Below are positions 60,854-64,000 of a stretch of 64,000 bases of DNA, one piece after another. The DNA is from Nitrospinaceae bacterium. Its GTDB lineage: Bacteria > Nitrospinota > Nitrospinia > Nitrospinales > Nitrospinaceae. The notes beneath the pieces are model-generated. The model searched no databases. It worked only from the letters and a program-made list of their open reading frames with translations, and was not told where the DNA came from. The stretch covers positions 640,001-704,000 of the forward strand of contig OZ250172.1 of NCBI GenBank assembly GCA_965237905.1, given 5' to 3'. Numbering within the stretch: the stretch's first letter is position 1; each line of letters starts with the position of its first letter. Both the position numbers and the translations under genes were made by a program.

Positions 60854-61447
60854 GTGGCGGCTTTGAGAACTTTCATTGCCATTGACGTTCCACCGGCTGT
60901 ACTCGATACGATCACCCGTATCCAGAATCGATTTAAATCCCTGGGATTGTACGCGTCCTGGGTCAAGCCCGGAAACATTCACCTGACCTTGAAGTTTCTG
61001 GGAGACACCGATCCCGACCGAATCCCAGGTATTCAAAATAAATTAACCGAAACCCTGGCGCCGTTTTCGCCGTTCCGGCTGTTCTTGGACTCAGCCGGGG
61101 TGTTTCCGAATACCAAAAGTCCCCGCGTTTTGTGGGTAGGCCTCAAGGATGACGACGGAACGCTGGAAACCCTCCAATCCGCCATCGAAAAGGCTCTGGA
61201 GAGTGTGGGATTCCCGATGGAACAGCGGCCGTTTTCGCCGCATCTGACGCTGGCGCGGATAAAATCCCCTAAGGGAATCAAGTCGCCCAGAGGAATAAAG
61301 GAATTGAAAAACGAGTTGGATGCCGTGAATCAGGAAGGCATCGACCCTCACCCGTTTGACGTGGGTGGAATCCATTTATACGAAAGCCAATTGACGCCCA
61401 AGGGCTCCATCTATACCGTATTGGCGAACTTTAAACTGAATCCCTGA
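60854..61447 (+). CDS. thpR: RNA 2',3'-cyclic phosphodiesterase
   Basis: RTFIAI, HLTLKFLG and PHLTLAR (two HxT motifs); upstream of recA. Confidence 0.93.
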   Translation: MAALRTFIAIDVPPAVLDTITRIQNRFKSLGLYASWVKPGNIHLTLKFLGDTDPDRIPGIQNKLTETLAPFSPFRLFLDSAGVFPNTKSPRVLWVGLKDDDGTLETLQSAIEKALESVGFPMEQRPFSPHLTLARIKSPKGIKSPRGIKELKNELDAVNQEGIDPHPFDVGGIHLYESQLTPKGSIYTVLANFKLNP

Positions 61448-61494
61448 CCTGAAGGATGGAAACCGGGTACACATTCAGCAAGGAGACGTGAATC

Positions 61495-62583
61495 ATGGCA
61501 GTAAACAACGAACGAGAAAAAGCGCTAGACCTGGCCTTTTCGCAAATCGAAAAGCAATTCGGCAAAGGGGCGATCATGAAACTGGGCCAGGCGGGAGTCC
61601 AGAAAGGAGTCCCCGTCATTTCCACCGGGTCCATTTCGCTCGACAGCATCCTGGGCATCGGCGGCATTCCCCGCGGCAGAATCACTGAAATCTACGGACC
61701 GGAAGCTTCCGGCAAGACCAGCCTGACGCTCCACATCATCGCCGAAGCGCAAAAGGCCGGCGGGGTGGCGGCGTTTATCGACGTCGAACACGCGCTGGAC
61801 CCGAAATACGCTTCAAACCTGGGCGTGAACCTCGACGACCTCCTGCTCGCCCAGCCCGACACCGGCGAACAAACGCTGGAGATCGCCGAAGTGCTGATAC
61901 GCAGTGGCGCGGTTGACGTGATTGTTATCGACTCGGTCGCGGCCATGGTGCCCAAGGCGGAACTCGACGGCGACATGGGCGACTCGCATATGGGCCTGCA
62001 GGCACGGCTCATGTCCCAGGCCATGCGCAAGCTGACCGGGGTCATCAACAAATCCAATACCTCGCTCATTTTCATCAACCAGATCCGCATGAAGATCGGT
62101 GTCATGTTCGGTACGCCGGAGACCACGACCGGCGGCAACGCGCTGAAGTTTTATTCCTCGGTGCGCCTGGACATCCGCCGCATCTCCGCGCTCAAGGACG
62201 GCGACCAGGTAATCGGCAACCGCACCCGCGTCAAAGTGGTCAAGAACAAGCTGGCGCCGCCGTTCCGCGATTGCGAATTCGATATCATATACGGCAAGGG
62301 CATTTCCAAAACCGGCGACCTGCTGGATTTGGCAGTCAATCACGAAATCGTCAACAAAAGCGGAACCTGGTTTTCCTATGGGGAAACCCGCATCGGCCAG
62401 GGCCGGGAAAACTCCCGCAACTTCCTGAACGATAATATGGATATCCGTAGCGAAATCGAAACACGGTTGCGCGACAAACTGGAACTCCCCGCGCCCCACA
62501 TCGACATGGGAAACGAGGCAGAACCACCTGCCGCCAAAGGCAAAAAAGCCTCCAAAGCTCAGGCCAAGGCTGAGGCGTCCTGA
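61495..62583 (+). CDS. recA: Recombinase A
   Basis: [28 protein letters not shown] and GGNALKFY motifs. Confidence 0.99.
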   Translation: MAVNNEREKALDLAFSQIEKQFGKGAIMKLGQAGVQKGVPVISTGSISLDSILGIGGIPRGRITEIYGPEASGKTSLTLHIIAEAQKAGGVAAFIDVEHALDPKYASNLGVNLDDLLLAQPDTGEQTLEIAEVLIRSGAVDVIVIDSVAAMVPKAELDGDMGDSHMGLQARLMSQAMRKLTGVINKSNTSLIFINQIRMKIGVMFGTPETTTGGNALKFYSSVRLDIRRISALKDGDQVIGNRTRVKVVKNKLAPPFRDCEFDIIYGKGISKTGDLLDLAVNHEIVNKSGTWFSYGETRIGQGRENSRNFLNDNMDIRSEIETRLRDKLELPAPHIDMGNEAEPPAAKGKKASKAQAKAEAS

Positions 62584-62591
62584 CCGACGCC

Positions 62592-63044
62592 ATGTCCGAG
62601 GAGTTCAAACAGGCGCGGGCTCTCGCCTACCGGTATCTTTCGCACCGGGACCGCAGTGCCCGCGAAACGGCGGACCATCTCAGAAAAAAAGGACTAGAGG
62701 AAGCGGTCGTTCAGGAAACGCTTCGTTATTTAAAAGAAGCGAACTATCTGGACGACCGCCGGTTCGCCGAACATTGGGCCCGCACCCGCGCGGAAAACAA
62801 ACAATTCGGCAAATACCGCCTGCGCCAGGAATTGATCGGCAAGGGACTGCCTCAAGACCTCATCGACGAAACTCTGGATACGCTGTTCGAAACCGTCAAA
62901 GAGATCGATCTCGCCCGGGCCGTTGTCGAAAAAAAATTGCCTTCCATGCAAGACCTTCCCGCCGACAAAAGAAAAAACCGCCTCGTCGGTCTCCTGCAAC
63001 GCAAAGGGTTCAGCCTCGACATCATCTACAAAGTTCTGGATTAA
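62592..63044 (+). CDS. recX: Regulatory protein RecX
   Basis: YLSHRDRS, LDDRRFA, LRQEL..KG and LQRKGF motifs; follows recA. Confidence 0.92.
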   Translation: MSEEFKQARALAYRYLSHRDRSARETADHLRKKGLEEAVVQETLRYLKEANYLDDRRFAEHWARTRAENKQFGKYRLRQELIGKGLPQDLIDETLDTLFETVKEIDLARAVVEKKLPSMQDLPADKRKNRLVGLLQRKGFSLDIIYKVLD

Positions 63045-63091
63045 CCTCCCAGCACTGCCCCTTCCCGTAAAAATACAATCCTTTGTTTTTC

Positions 63092-63119
63092 TTGACGAAA
63101 AGACGTTCCGCCTTACAAT
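63092..63119 (+). promoter_or_regulatory. Sigma70-type promoter immediately before the pilD start codon
   Basis: TTGACG-16 nt-TACAAT, ending 6 nt before ATG 63126. Confidence 0.6.
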
Positions 63120-63125
63120 ATTAAG

Positions 63126-63926
63126 ATGATCGAAAACATCTCCCAGCTCCCTCCCTGGATATTTTCCCTTGTCGGTTTGATCTTCGGCCTGATGGTCGGC
63201 AGTTTCGCCAACGTCTGCATTGCGCGTTTGCCGAAAAAAGAGTCGATAATATTCCCGGCGTCGCACTGCCCTCAATGCAATAAACCCATCCATGTGACCG
63301 ATAACATTCCATTGATCAGTTACATCCTGTTGAAAGGTCAATGCCGCAACTGCAAACAAAAAATTTCTTTAATCTATCCGGCCATCGAGTTGGTCACCGG
63401 ACTGCTCATGGCGGCCGTCTTCTACCGGTTCGGTTTTTCGTGGGAATGTCTGATTTTTGCCATCGTCGTGCCGGCACTGGTCATCATCACCATGATCGAC
63501 ATCGAACATCAAATCATCCCCGACGTCATCACCCTTCCCGGAATTATCTTCGGTCTGGCGGCGGGGAGTTATCTCAATGGATGGTTGGATTCGGTGCTTG
63601 GGCTGGCGCTGGGCGGGGGCATGTTCTGGCTCCTGGCGGAAGGTTATTTCCGCATGCGGGGGAAAATGGGTATGGGGGGAGGCGACATCAAGTACATCGC
63701 CGCGGCAGGTGCGTTGATGGGCTGGGCGCAGGTGCTGGTCATCATTTTTATTGGGGCACTGGCGGGAGGCATTTTCGGCGGGATCGGCATGGGTGTCAAA
63801 AAATTAGATTTTTTGAGCCGGATTCCATTCGGTCCTTTTCTGGCTCTTGCCACGCTGATTTCAATTTTTTTCGGCGATCCCATCGTCGACTGGTACCTCA
63901 ACACCTTTGTGCCGAAACCGTTGTGA
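63126..63926 (+). CDS. pilD: Prepilin peptidase / N-methyltransferase
   Basis: GSFANVCIARLP, CPQC/CRNC, MGGGDIK and IPFGPFL motifs. Confidence 0.95.
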   Translation: MIENISQLPPWIFSLVGLIFGLMVGSFANVCIARLPKKESIIFPASHCPQCNKPIHVTDNIPLISYILLKGQCRNCKQKISLIYPAIELVTGLLMAAVFYRFGFSWECLIFAIVVPALVIITMIDIEHQIIPDVITLPGIIFGLAAGSYLNGWLDSVLGLALGGGMFWLLAEGYFRMRGKMGMGGGDIKYIAAAGALMGWAQVLVIIFIGALAGGIFGGIGMGVKKLDFLSRIPFGPFLALATLISIFFGDPIVDWYLNTFVPKPL

Positions 63927-63980
63927 CCCCTGCCCGCTGGTGTTACACTATTTAAACATCAACTTAACAGGAATTCTTTT

Positions 63981-64000
63981 ATGGCATTCGGTTTAACTTT
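63981..64000 (+). CDS. Start of a gene running off the window (MAFGLT...)
   Basis: AGGAA ribosome-binding site then ATG at 63981; too short to identify. Confidence 0.4.

Overview
A mostly core-genome bacterial window. Gene content and style suggest a marine Nitrospinota-like organism; this is inference, not checked. Housekeeping genes: glmU (partial), a Fis-like regulator, mtaB, smpB, hisBH, dxs, ispA, nhaD, comF, argD, tgt, sfsA, dtd, thpR-recA-recX and pilD. A complex I operon nuoA-M lies on the minus strand, with nuoN displaced about 8.7 kb away on the plus strand. There are four accessory patches: (1) a DUF2235 hydrolase next to a repeat-riddled, frameshifted membrane pentapeptide-repeat gene (13.4-17.6 kb); (2) an AT-rich island (19.0-23.0 kb) with an IS3 remnant, a decayed tRNA 3' half, a methyltransferase and a fused OpuC/EgtU-type ABC importer; (3) a parDE module with a palindromic operator; (4) two tandem polytopic membrane paralogues with near-identical ends and a diverged core. 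Best leads: a secreted FGE/SUMF1-fold protein that keeps the Cx4C motif and carries two c-type heme motifs, a candidate nhaA-type (Li+/Na+) riboswitch upstream of nhaD, two composite REP-like clusters 31 kb apart, and an apparently leaderless pilD. No CRISPR array, rRNA or intact tRNA was seen. All family assignments come from motif recognition, not database searches.
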